A stretch of DNA of 64,000 nucleotides from the human T2T-CHM13v2.0 reference genome, Homo sapiens. The notes under the pieces were generated by a model. It searched no databases. It worked only from the letters and a program-made list of their open reading frames with translations, and was not told the DNA's origin. Made by a program: the position numbers and the translations under genes. The stretch lies in the NCBI RefSeq assembly GCF_009914755.1, contig NC_060928.1. One strand, written 5' to 3'. Below, in pieces: positions 21,168 to 36,935 of this stretch. The stretch's first letter is position 1; each line of letters opens with the position of its first letter.

Positions 21168-21427
21168 CTGACATGGATTTCTATACCACAACTCACCTCC
21201 ATTTTTCACAGGCCTCATATTTTAATGTTTAATTCCCAGTAAATGAGAGTTTCAGGAAAGATTCATAATTGCAAATCATATTTCATTAATCCCAAGATAC
21301 ACATTTTTTCACATTTGACATCTCTGAAATCAGTACCTATCTTAAAGTTGATAGTCTCTTAAAAGTTTATATTTGGCAGCATTTTTTCCTTTAGTGGTAT
21401 AAAAATAATGTTTCTTACCATTGATAG

Positions 21428-21784
<357 letters not shown>

Positions 21785-23376
21785 TAATAATACTGTCTGA
21801 TCTAAATCACAGTACAATTACAATTCAAACAATTCTAGAGTAAAAGCTAAATGAACTTAAGATTCACATTTTACCATTTTAGAAAACTTAGGGCTAGGCT
21901 AACCTCAAGAAAATAAATAATTGGGGGAAAAAAACACTTATTAAAAATTTAGGAAAAGATGTAGATTAGAAGCAAAACCAACAGAAATGACAAAAAAAAA
22001 AAATGACTTAAAGACGTTCAGTCAATAGTAGCTTCCAAGGAAGTAGAGGCATGAAATAGCCCCAGAGCTTTATCTATAAAAAGAAACAAATATTAAGAAT
22101 ATGGCAAGGGATAATTCAGCAAACTATCTTGGAGGAAAAATATTATCGTATTACTTCTCCTTCCTTAAGGAGGAATCATTGTCACCCTTTAAACAAAAAT
22201 ATGGTAAAGGTAGATGAAATAATTTTAATGAAATATAAAATTACAAACATTCTTAATAAATTAAAAACCAACCTACCAGCATTGTCTTCCTTCTGGCTCA
22301 ATCTGTTTCACCTTCAGGTAATCCTAGGATAGGGGCTCGTTTTCAGATCCCCAGTTTTTCATGTCGATCTTCTACCTCCCTGTGGCAACAATATTTTCTA
22401 ATTAAAGGAGTCCTTTTGTGCCACAGGGAGGATTTCTGATGGTATAACAAATACAAAAGTTATGACAGCTCATCATGAAGTCAAATTAGTCCTGAGATTC
22501 TTCAAGAAAGAAATTTGGCTCCTTATCTTATTTTTCATGAAGGAAATCTGGTTTTATTTTTTAAACTGCATTTTAAAAACCTAAACTTTCATTTTTATTT
22601 TTAAAAAGCACTGCTTTCTCGTTGAATTATATAAAAATTCTCATCATCATCCATCTTTTCAACTAATGTTTAAACACAATTTTGTTGATCACTAAAAATG
22701 GTTTAAGTTTTCTTGATAATTAACTAATAAGACTAAATGTTAATGTCTTGATACGTGGTTAAGGAGCAAAGTCCTGTCCCCAGTGGTCAGAAGACAGAAG
22801 TAGGAAGCTACCAACCAGACCACTTGACAGCCAATGTTTATTAAAATTAGCAAAGATTAATCAGTCTGCTTGTATTATATAATATTTTACGATTAAAATG
22901 CATTTTTTAAAAGACTAAAAGGAAATGTTTTTTTAAAAAGCAACAATCATTGTCTCCTTGTTGGTAAGATTAGGGGTGATGATTTTCAGTTTGCTTATTC
23001 TTTGCAATACTTTCCAATTTTTTCCATTAAGCATGTATTGCTTTTAAGAAAAAAATCAGGCCTGTAATCCCAGCACTTTGGGAGGCTGAGGCAGGCAGAT
23101 CGCATGAGGCCAGGAGTTCGAGATCAGCCTGTACAACAAGGAGAAACCCCGTCTCTATCAAAAACACAAAAATTAGCCACATAGGTGTGGTGAGTGCCTG
23201 TAATCCCAGCTACTGAGGAGACTGAGGCACAAGAATTGCTTGAACCCAAGAGGCAGAGGTTGCAGTGCCACTGCACTCTAGCCTAGGCAAGAGAGTGAGC
23301 CGGGCACAGTGGCTCACGCCTGTAATCCCAGCACTTTGGGAGGCCGAAGCAGGCAGATCACAAGGTCAAGAGATCA

Positions 23377-23601
<225 letters not shown>

Positions 23602-24944
23602 TCAAATTATTAGATATAAGCAAGAATGATGGATACCAACTGTGATTTTTAAAATGAGACTTAAGTATGACTTTACATAGATGGTTCTTGATTATACTAC
23701 AATACTAACTCAGAACTCAATCTGTTTCCATTTGTATTTTCCAGCTAGTTATTATATGTTCAACAGTATATTTAACAAAAGAAAAAAGTATGGTCTCCGT
23801 CTTCAAGGTGCTTATACACTCACTGGGAAAACAATAGGAGTATATACAACAAAAATAATATAAGCAATAATAGATAAAAATAATAAAATAATACAAGAAA
23901 GTACCTATATCCAGATGGTATAACAGATCAGGTAAGGGGATGTTTATTGTAGACCACAATCATTGTGGAAATCTTCATGTAGTTGGGCCTTAAAAGATGG
24001 CTAATACCTACCTGAGCACATTATAGATAGGAGGAAACTGTCTTTGAGCAAACACTCAGAAGCATAAATAGTACAATCCATGCAAAGGTCAACAAGAAAA
24101 ATAACTAGGAGAATACAGTGTTTCAGCAGATAAGGCAGCCAGATTATGAAGGATTACTTCTGGATGATTCTATGGGTCACTGAATTTGACAGAAGAGTGG
24201 CCACCGAAATCTGATAAAGAGCTTCAGTAGAATGATAAATGGAGATGCCAGAGCACAATAATCAAGGAAGGAATGACAAGGAAAAAGTATAAACTGAAGG
24301 TATAAAGCATTTGTTTTTTTTTTTTTAAGTGGAAGCAAAAGGAAGGAGAAAACAAGAGACATAAACAAAGTTAAACAAATATTCCATTCTAATGTATAAA
24401 AGTCCTGTCTATACTTGAAGTCACAGGGAAGGTGCTAATGAAGTTAAAGAAACTCTGTCACAAGCACTGTGCTTTATGTATTTATTTTATGTAATCTTCA
24501 CAACCCTGAATTCCTATTTTCTGACAGTGAAACACTCTGAAAAGGTTAAATACTGCCAAGTAAGTGATAAAGGGGAAATTTGAAATCAGAACTAACTAAC
24601 CCAAGTCAATATTCTTCCCTTTCCTACTAAAGAGAGCTACTTAAAGGGCAAAAAAACAAAACAAAACAAAACTCAGAAATAGTCGCCCAGGATTTTCTAT
24701 CATATTTGACTACTCTTTGATTCTTCTCCACTCTTTAAAATGTAAACATTCTCTAAGGTTAATTCCTTAATTCTATGTCCTTTGTTCTCCATCACAGAGA
24801 GACAAATATAGAATTTACGTATCTCCTTCCTTGGGAAAAATCTATGAAATACGTTTCCCCTCGGAAATTTATTTCCACGGCTTTAAATGAGGATGATTCC
24901 CAAATCAGTTTCTCCCTGACCTTTCTTTACTAAGCTTTAGTTGT

Positions 24945-25387
24945 ACTAGATATCTTCCATTTGCCCCTCCAGATTTATTCTCCACCCTTCTTCACCTTGC
25001 TCTCTGTCCCTGGAGACTGACTTCATCAACGGGATTCCTATGGCTTCAGACTGAGTTTGGTCAATGGCGTACCTTAGCAGGATATTATTGGGAAGAGGTA
25101 TTGCCCTCCAGCTAGCTGTGTCCTTTGATCAAAGGTTTCAGAATCTCCCAAGGTGACTCCCTGTTCAGGGCTCTATTCTTCAGGATTCTGGTCACCCTTC
25201 CTTCCCCTTGGCCCATGAGCCAAAGGACAGAAACAGCAATTATTGCTAGGTCTGCAGTACTGCCCTGTCTCTTACGGGTACCTTATATTTGCCTACATGT
25301 TTGTAACTAGCCCTTTATTAAAACATTCCTTAAATTATCCTAATTTTAGCATGCCATCTCTTTTGTGATGGGATCTTGACTACACAT
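24945..25387 (-). mobile_element. LTR33-like (ERVL) solo LTR
   Basis: ccctttattaaaac...attatcctaatttt...tgccatctc...gactacaca resembles the reverse complement of the LTR33 5' end. Confidence 0.6.
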
Positions 25388-25528
25388 TTGTGCATCTTTT
25401 TTGTTTATCTGATTGTTTGTTTTTGAGATGGAGTTTCTGTTGCCCAGGCTGGAGTGCAGTGGCATGATCTCAGCTCACTGCAACCTCCACCTCCCGGTTC
25501 AGGCAATTCTCTTGCCTCAGCCTCCTGA

Positions 25529-25738
<210 letters not shown>

Positions 25739-26254
25739 TAAAGTTCTGCTTCAACTCAAAATCATCATGACTATTACCAAACTTATCTGCTTCATCAGTC
25801 TTGCCTTCCTCAAATCATATGTGCTACCATCACCATGAACAAGCGTCAAAAAGCAGAATATTTTACCTAACTGTGCCTCTCCCCTTATATGTCATGTAAG
25901 ATAATATATAGTAATATGGTTTATACAAGCCCTTTCTGTTCCTGTTGCTACTACCTTGTTTTAATATTTCTCAAGCCATCCTTCAACTCATACTACAATA
26001 GCTAGTCTTCCTGTCTCATCTTTCCCCCTACAATTAATCCTATATCCAACTGAAATACTAATTGCATGGTACTTTCTTTTTAGAGACATGGCTCACTCTG
26101 TCACTCGGGCTGGAGCGCAGTGGTACTACAATCATAGCTCACCTGTAACCTCAAACTCTAATCTCAAAGGATTCTCTGGCCTCAGACTCTCAAGTAGCTA
26201 GGACTACAGGTGCACGCCACCATACCCAGCTAATTTTTAAATTTTTTTTTTTAA

Positions 26255-26365
<111 letters not shown>

Positions 26366-26674
26366 TAAAACCTTCCAAATCTTTCTGCTTCCTTATGAGC
26401 CTAATTACTAACTCTTGAGATTTAATTCACAACCTAGTCATAGCACTTAATGAAATCTCCTGCCAATGTCTTATTTACTCAAGATCTTCTGAACAAGTAT
26501 TGAATTTCAATAGTCTACCCATTTATTAATTATATTTCCCTCAGTTTACAATGCATTTCACCTACCTCCTATTTGTCCACCTAGATCCTATCATGTGTCC
26601 TTTACTTTCTCTAAAACATTCCCTAATCCTGTAAATTGAACTTCCCTCTTCAGAAAATTCCTTTGAATTTGTAA

Positions 26675-27029
<355 letters not shown>

Positions 27030-28559
27030 TAGTCTGGTCTTAAAAGATTTCTATCAACACTTATTTATTATTGAGTTCATTGGTATAAACGTGGTGCTTG
27101 TTAAATGGTAATTTGTAACAACCTTTTAAATTTATATTATATATAATTTTTATAATTTTTTAAAGTGAACATAAAAACTGTACTTTCAAACTCCTGTAGT
27201 GAATCCAAAAAACTCCTTCCCTCCCCTCATTCACCATACCAGTCTATCCAGCAGGCCCCTAGAACTGATGGAGTCTGCAGCCACTGGGGAAGATATGTTA
27301 TACCTGCCAGAGTCAAGACCACCCTTCACCTATATTTCATCACTCTTCCTCAAAGTCTCTTTATAATTACTAATCTGCCATTGTTATCACAAGCAATTTA
27401 CTATATGTTTAGATGAATATGCCTATTTTTAAAGTTTCAAAATAGAATTGGTTTCTCCTATACAATTTAAGAGAACATCAGTATTACACATAACCTCTGT
27501 GAGGGAAACGTAGACTGTTAATCTACAAAAAGGAGAAACAAACAGCTCGTAATTCCTACTAACAAAAGAGAAATTCTTTTATATGCAAAATAATAAAGAT
27601 GGCTACATGCAAATCATAATATGATTTTAGTACTCCAACACAAATGACAATAGAACACTGTTTATGATATGGACACATACATATGGGTATTTAGGAATAA
27701 AAGGGTAAAAACACTCCAATGAGAACATGCAGAGAACTGTCAGAACAAGCCAATAAATATAACATCTTTTAGACTGACATAATCTAAATTATAATGTAGG
27801 AGCATTCTGTGAAGTTTTCCTAGACATACACAGGGAAGTATTCTATACAGATCTCAATTCCCCCAATTCACCAAATAAAATCTGCCATCTTATAAGCATT
27901 CCTTTTCTTCCCAGTCAGCTTCTTCTTTAAAACCTACATGTATCTGTAATCTGAGTTTCAATTTTACATTATAAGAAATGAACCTAATCCTAATTCACTA
28001 CCTAAAAGGAAATATGCATACCAATCTTTATTCATTTGTATATGCCCTAGATATCAGAAGAATGAAAACTTATTCAGATTTTAACTCATTTAAAAATGCA
28101 TTTGATTCTTTTTTTAGTTTTTGTTTTGTTTTGTTTTGTTTTGTTTTGTTTGAGACAGAGTCTCGCTATGTCCCCCAGCCTGGAGTGCAGTAGCACTATC
28201 TTGGTTCACCACAACCTCCACCTCCTGAGTTCAAGCGAGTCTCCTGCCTCAGCCTCCCAAGTATCTGGGACTACAGACGCATGCCACCACGCCCAGCTAA
28301 TTTTTTGTATTTTTAGTAGAGATGGGATTTCGCCGTGTTAGCCAGGATGGTCTCGATCTCTTGACTTCGTGATCCACCCACCTCGGCCTCCCAAAGTGCT
28401 GGGATCACAGGTGTGAGCTACCACGCTCGGCCTGATTCTTAATAGAAACAATATTAAGCTCAGATTAGCTGACTTGAAAACTAATCTATGAATATTAACA
28501 ATCTTTATAAAGTTACATTAAAATCCATGAGCCAGGCTGGGCACGCTGGCTTGTGCCTA

Positions 28560-28886
<327 letters not shown>

Positions 28887-30795
28887 TTAGAATGATATAA
28901 GTAATATGCTTACATTTTCTTTTTGTGTTGAAGTAAATTTTAAAATTATCAAATATTCAAAAACCACTTACAAAAAAAACAAATCACAAAAGTAACTTAT
29001 TTTACCTAGACTTCCCATATCCTCCTTTTCACAATCACTAATATCTCTGCCCAGCAAATGATATCATTACCCTCAGAGTTCAAGAAGACTAAGAAAATAA
29101 AATCCCTTAAGTAGATTACATTCGCTTCCTATTCTGAATTGGTTTTACTTGAATTAATCTAAATTAATAAAACATTTACAGTCAATTATACCAATAATAA
29201 GATTCAACCAATCTGCTCTGGTATTTTAATGTGATAAACATCCTAATTTACTAACTTATGCAAATTTGGTGCTATAGTTTTTATCTTTTTTAAAGTTTCC
29301 AACTTGCTATCAAAATCATAGTTTTCCTTATTTTTTGACCAAAACACCATCCAGAAATTTCAAACAGGTTCTACTTTTTTCCATTCAACTTAAGCTACCA
29401 TACTTTTTTCTTCTGCTATTAGTGTTCTGTTTAGTTATGCTCTTGTAATAAAATCAGTTACAATATATAATCCAAAACATCATCCTACAAAATACTTTTA
29501 ACTGTTCTACCTATCCTTTTCCTCAAGAAGAAAATTCAACTCTGCCACTATACTTCTAGCTTCAGACTGGAAAATTCTCCAAACTCTCATAAAAAGATAT
29601 GCACTATATACTGTAAATCAGATACCACTCCAGACTACAGTCACGAAGCCCATATGAAGTCCTTGGATGCCTGGTTTTTTGTTTATTTGTTTAGAAATGG
29701 GGTCTTGCTATGTTGCCCAGGCTGAACTTGAGCTCCTGACCTTGAGCGAGCCACCTGCCCCAGTCTCCCAAGTAGCTGGGAGTACAGATGCACACCACCA
29801 CACCCAGCTTGGCTGCCTATTTTGATAAATGAATTTTCCATTATACCTGAGGTTTGCTAGCACTGCAATCATCAGTGCTCTGAAAAGCAAGGTAACTTTC
29901 AATCCCTTAGCTCCACAAAAAATAAAATTAGAGGAAGAACAGTTTTATGCTGGAAGAGGCTAGTAGCCCTAAGGGGTACTACTGGACCTCATAAGAAGAA
30001 ATACATCACATACTCAAAATTTTAATCATGAAAGTTTCCTACATTTATAAAAATGTATCAAAATAGTAAAGAATTTTTACTAGGATTAAACAACAAGTAT
30101 AATGATTCTTTTTCTCCATTAACAGCTAAAGATGATACATTTGCATGTTTATTATTATGTAAGAGTCACTACAATCCTTCTGATAAAATACTCTATTTTC
30201 TTCATAATCAATGGCAAAAACTAAAAGATTTCTCTAAGAATTATAGATACTAATCTCCAATTAAACATATAGCTATCTCACCAGAAATAGACTGAAATAC
30301 TAAGATCTCTAAGACGACAAAAAGCAAAGAGGAAACTGATAGAACACTACAATGATGCTTCTGATATTAATGAAAAGAAATCTTATTGCTCCATCAATAT
30401 TAACTCAAAGAAACTCATAATCAATTAGACAATGATAGAATACCATTTTTTTTAATTTAAAAAGCTGTCCTCATAATACTAGCCTATTGACTTGTATAAA
30501 TAACAGCTAGGATTTATACTCTCAGAAAAAAAATAATAAAATAACTTTATCATTATGTGAAGCTGTAATTTTGTGCATAGAGTCCATGATATGAGACTGT
30601 TACACCTCATAGAATTATACAATAGAAGTTTTATATCTACACAAATTCCCTTAAACATAGATGTTTCACTGGTTTCCAAGCTATACTAAATAGCATTAAA
30701 AAGGTTTTTCAGTATATTTTTCATCTGGCAATAGTATTGTTGAAGCTTACAAAATGAGAAAGTTATAAATAATGAACATTTTATGAGATGTCTAC

Positions 30796-30961
30796 CTGTT
30801 TCCACATTCTCGGTCTCAACTTCTTGTTCTTCTGCCACATCTTGCATCATATAAGTCTCATCATCATAAACCAGAACCTGGGCTGCATAGCCCTGCTCTA
30901 ATCTGGCACTTGGAACTGGCTCCACAATCACTGCTGGATATTCAGAAACCTTTTCACTTTC
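30796..30961 (-). CDS. ELF2: ELF2 coding exon, 166 nt (aa 25-79, ESEKVSEYPAVIVEPVPSARLEQGYAAQVLVYDDETYMMQDVAEEQEVETENVET), acidic ELF-family N-terminal region
   Basis: Acceptor tttgctcttatag|GAAAGT and donor ACAG|gtagac (phase 1). The YPAVIVEPVP motif is typical of ELF1/2/4. ORF-track entry 30686..30931 overlaps it. Confidence 0.97.
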
Positions 30962-31249
30962 CTATAAGAGCAAATTTAAAGAACAATCAACCTTTGTATT
31001 TACAAATTCTGAATTCACTTATAAATCCTTGAACTAATACAGTCTCGAGCAGTCCACATAATGAGTTTCAAATATTATAAATATGAATGTAAAAGCCAAA
31101 ACAAGAGATGAAAAGGGCTAACTTTAATAATCCTTTCAAGTCTCAAGAGGTAAGACATAGATTAAACATTTTAAATAATCTGTGCTTTAGGATTAAGTTG
31201 GCAGATTAAAAACATGCATATAATTTCACTTAATTATGAAAGCTGACTA

Positions 31250-32620
31250 AAACAACAGTAAAAGACTCTTTTATACCTAAACCCACAAGGACAAGAGGTG
31301 AGAGCAACAAACAAGAAGAGGTAAGAACAACAAAATCCTGGAAGACTGAAAGTGTCTGGATGAGTATGGAGTGGGTTAGCAGACCCAGCAAAGCCAAATC
31401 AGTCTGGCAGCAAAAAAAAAAAAAAAAAAAAAAATCTGAGAAACAACACACTGTACAGTGTAGAGAATCTACAGAAAGCAACACCAATTACATGCACTTT
31501 TGATTCCTAGACCTTCTCTCTCCTTCATGATGCTAAGCAACCAGACCTCCTCCACCTCAGCAGAAGACAGGTTACTTTCCAGAGAGGAACAACAATAGCA
31601 TCTTTGAGGCATAATAGGCACAGTTGTTAGCATCATACTCTACCCAAAATGGAGTGTCCAACTAGCTTTTTAGTCCATCACTTTTAGTCATGAACAAAAA
31701 GCCAAATATTCATATTCCACACACAGAGAAGATATTATAAAGTAAGAACAGATCACAATTCAGTAAAGAACATTTTAAAATACAAGTAAAAGAATTTTTG
31801 GAAATTAAAGATACAATAGCTGAAATGAATACAGGCTTGGAAGATAAAATTGAGGCAATCTCCAGGAACCAGAGGAAAAAAGATAAAGCAATAGAAAACA
31901 GGAGAGAAAAGATGGCAATATTAGATGACCAACCAGTCCAGGAGGTCCACTATCTGAATAACAGAGTTCCAAAAAAATAAATCATAAGGAAAAAACAAGA
32001 AATAAAAAGGAAAAAAAAAAAGGTTTGGAAAGAAATCAACAAGAAAGAAGTAAATCAATAAAATTTTCTAAGACTGAAGGATATAAGCCACCCATTTGAA
32101 AGGACCCACCAAGTGTCTAGTACAAAAAATTAAGGAACACATACATTGAGGCATATCACTGTGAAATATCATAATATTGGGAACAGAAAAGATTCTACAA
32201 GCTTCTAGAAAGAAAACACAGGTTACTACAAAGAATCAGGACACAGACTTCAGTCTTCTCAACAGTCATACTAGAAGGAAGATGACAGTTGAGCAATTTC
32301 TTCAAAATTATGAAGAAAAATTACTTCCAATCTAGGATTCTTCACCCAGTCAAATCATCTTATAGAAGTAGAATAAAGGTATCTTCTCAGACATGAAAGA
32401 TCTCAAACATTTACCTTTCATGTTTCCTTTCTCAAGAAGATACTGGAGAATGTATCCCATCAATAAGAGAGAGTGAATTTTTTAAAAAAGAGAACTATTG
32501 CAAATACAGGATAGAAGAGATCAACATAGGAGAGAAACAATGGGAATCTTCAGGAAGACTGTGAAGAGAGATTCCACGATGCTAGCTATGCACCAGATTT
32601 AAAGGGCAACCAGTCCAAAA
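31250..32620 (+). mobile_element. HAL1/L1ME-type ORF1-like fragment
   Basis: Degenerate ORF1p-like peptide (EIKDTIAEMNTGLEDKIEAISRN), A-rich, with motifs cttctcaacagtcatactagaag and tttctcaagaagatactggagaatgt. Confidence 0.7.
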
Positions 32621-33307
32621 TATAGCAGTGTGACTCCTGAGATAGCATGATGAACTGTCATTACTACGATAACCATTGACCTTGTTCCTAAGGACAGAAT
32701 GTCCAGATCAGTCTGTTCTAGATTTTTATTGACATTTGGCTTACCTTCATGTACCTACTCACTCCACCTGCCCTGCTGCCTGGATCAGCTAAGAACACAT
32801 TTCACCCCCCAGATGTGTTCTGCTTTGATCTACTATGTGTTGGAGGAAGATTACCATGGGCTTAAAATAAAAGATACAGAACAGCGTTCTTCATGTGACC
32901 ATATACCTCCTGAACAAATATGCAATACCCAGCCCATACCATACTGTAGCACTGCCAGATACCAGAGCAGGATGTGCCTTACATTTCTAAAAACTCATGG
33001 CATTGCTCACTGACTACTTGAAGACAAGCTCATGACACTCAGTGAACCTGACTATTCAGCTATCTTCTCCTGGAAGCCTTCATCTATCTATGATAATATT
33101 GCCCTTTCCTAACTCAATTAGCTTGGTAAACTATTTTTTCAAAATAAAATATTGTTTAGGACTATTTTCATAGGTGGCAAAACTATAAAGAAAAGTAAAG
33201 AAATTATAATACATAAGTCAAAACAATAGCACCTCTGGAAACAGCGCCCAGCCGGGTTTTAATATTTCAGTGATTCCTTCTCTTTGACCATAAAAAAGCT
33301 AAAATCA

Positions 33308-33635
<328 letters not shown>

Positions 33636-33737
33636 TCACACCTGTAATCCCAAAACTTTGGGAGGCCAAGGCAGGAGGACTGCTTGAGCCCAGGAGTTCA
33701 AGACCAGCCTGGGCAACATAGGGAGACCCTATCTCTA

Positions 33738-33899
<162 letters not shown>

Positions 33900-34128
33900 T
33901 CAAAAATTAAAAAAAAAAGAAAAATATTAAACTCTCATTTCTTTTAACTGAACTTTTAACTGATCTTTAACTGAAGTTAAAAGGCAACAAGTCCAATTAA
34001 AGAAGTTCTTTAACTGAACTTTAACTGATCGATCGAGACGTATACTTGTATACATTTCTCAAAAAAATAGTCTAACTCCTTGACTTATCTATATATTCCT
34101 TGTAATCTATGTTCCACCACCTCACTGA

Positions 34129-34371
<243 letters not shown>

Positions 34372-34543
34372 TGAACTCCTGGACTCGAGCAATCCACTTG
34401 CCTCAGCCTCCCAAAGTGCTGGCATTACAAGCATGGGCCACCATACCCAGCCTCAAAATGTTAATAACGACCAAATTCTATTTCAGTTTTCAATCTCTAC
34501 TGCCTCCCCGCAGACTCATACATTTATTATTACCCTCATTTAA

Positions 34544-34747
<204 letters not shown>

Positions 34748-35550
34748 TAGTAGAGACAGGGTTTCTTCATGGTGGTCAGGCTAGTCTCAAACTCCTGACC
34801 TCAGGTGATCCGCCCGCCTCAGCCTCCCAAAGTGCTGGGATGACAGGCATGAGCGACTACCCCCGGCCTACCACTCTACTTTCAAGCGTCTCCTCTGACT
34901 CTTCTTTCATCTCCATAGACTCAAGTCTAGCCAACTTAGTGAGGTTCTATCTTCAGTGTCTCCTTTCTTTTTGCCCTATACTACCTTCTCAAGTAAGCCC
35001 ACCCATTCTTATGGTTTCAAATAGCACCTCTATGCTGATAATGACTAAGTATTTGTCCTCTACTCTGACTCATCTTCTGAATTCCAAAACCAAATTTTAA
35101 ACTACCAACTTTAACATCACTACAGGAATACTCAGTCAACACTTCAAGCTTAACATGTCTAAATGGCACAAATTATCTACATCTGTCCCTGTTTCCCCAT
35201 TCTGTGTTCTTTAAATCTTGGTTTCTTCATATTTAAAAAAGAGATTTTAATATTTCTGTCCTTTAAAGTCCCATGACTTTATATGCACAAAGTTCTTAGC
35301 ATAGTATAAGTACAAAGCACAGAGTAAGTTATTCAATTAGTGACAGCTGATATTATATTTTAACAATAGAAATAGTCTTCAAATCTACTATTTGCCCTCA
35401 ACTTTAGAGGGCACCTTTTCACATCACAATCAGAACTGTTTGTGTTACTTCCTTGCATAAAAAGCATTAATGACTCCCCTTTGGTCTAAAAGGAAAGTTT
35501 AACAAATTAAACAATGGCTTTAACACTCTGAAATATAACCCCAACCCACC

Positions 35551-35998
35551 TGTCATGGGCTGAATTGTGTCCCCCAAAAAGATGAAGTTTTAACCCCTAG
35601 CTTCTGTGAATGTGACCTTATCTGGAAATAAGGTCTTTGCAGATGATCAAGTTAAGACAAGATAATTAAGATGAGCCCTCACCCAATCTGACTATGTCCT
35701 TACAAAAGGGAAATTTGGACTCTGAGACACACAAATGGGAAGGAAAACCATGGAAAGACACAGGGAGAACACCATCTACAAGCCAAGGAGTGCCTGAGGC
35801 TACCAGAAGCTAGGAGAGAGGCATTAAAGAGATTCTCCCTCCTAGCCCTCAAAAAAAAACAAACAACAATAAAAAAAAAATCTATCAACACCTTGATTCC
35901 TAAATTCTGACCTCCAGAACTGTAACACAATAAATTTCTGTTGTTTAAGCAACCTAGTTTACAGTACTTTGTTACAGCAACCCCAAGAAACTAATATA
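35551..35998 (+). mobile_element. MLT1 (MaLR) solo LTR
   Basis: tgtcatgggctgaattgtgtcccc...aataaatttctgttgtttaagc...aactaatata, with 5-bp TSD CCACC (35546-35550, 35999-36003). Confidence 0.88.
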
Positions 35999-36755
35999 CC
36001 ACCTTTATATCTTATTTCCCTACATTACTTAACATAAATTGATTAGTGGCATTGCTTCTAATTCCTAAATGTGAACATTTCCAAGACTTTTGCTCATGTT
36101 ATTTTGTAGCCTTCACATCTGTCCAAATCCTTTTCATCTACTGAAGGCTTTTCATCAAGTTCCAGGGAATCTTCTATAATCCTCCAATCTGAATTAATTT
36201 TTCTATCCTACGTATTTATAGAACAAGTTGTTTGCCTAATATTACCACTGTTCATTGTCCCATATTATAATTATGTGTTTACATATACAACTCCTTGACT
36301 GGTTAGTAGGATATTTGAGAGCACGAGTTATATCGTAGTCAATTTTTATATCCTCCTTAATAACACATGCTTCATATAAACTAAAGTGGCATTTAAGTAC
36401 AGATATTTGTAGCTTGGCTCAAAGAATAATAAAGTCAACAAATTTTAATATTAACAGGTATTTATAAGTTCAACATTTGCTCATCTATGGAGGCAAGTAA
36501 CTTCATGAGCCTTTTTTCTGCCATATGATACAGACCAGAGGACACTGCATGCAGCTATTCAGATAATTATTGCCTTGTACTGTGTAGAAGAGTAGCTATT
36601 TTTATGGGAGAAAGGGGATGGAAGAGAAGAAACCAGGAGTCTTTGCTTAAAAATAAAATAGCAAAAAATAACACATGTACAAGGTTATTTTACTTAGCAT
36701 TACTTTGCTCAAGTCACCATGGGTCTTGGCACAAGCTGTCTAATTCCCTACAAGC

Positions 36756-36935
36756 TAGGGTGCAAATAAAAAAATACAGGATACCCAGTTAAATTTGAAT
36801 TTCAGAGAAACACTGAATAATAACTGTAAGAATGTCCCATGCAATATTTGGGACATACTTAAAGTAAAAAGTCATTTGTTGTTTATCTGAAATTCAAATT
36901 TAACTAGACATCCTGTATTTTATCTGGCAACCCTA
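36756..36935. mobile_element. MER53 palindromic MITE
   Basis: Long inverted arms aaatacaggat..cagttaaatttgaatttcaga / tctgaaattcaaatttaact..catcctgtattt around a central gtcccatgcaatatttgggac. Confidence 0.88.

Noticed and set aside
30686-30931. 81-aa ORF as a standalone gene
   Set aside because: It is the ELF2 exon read through its splice donor at 30795; the listed start is an internal GTG.
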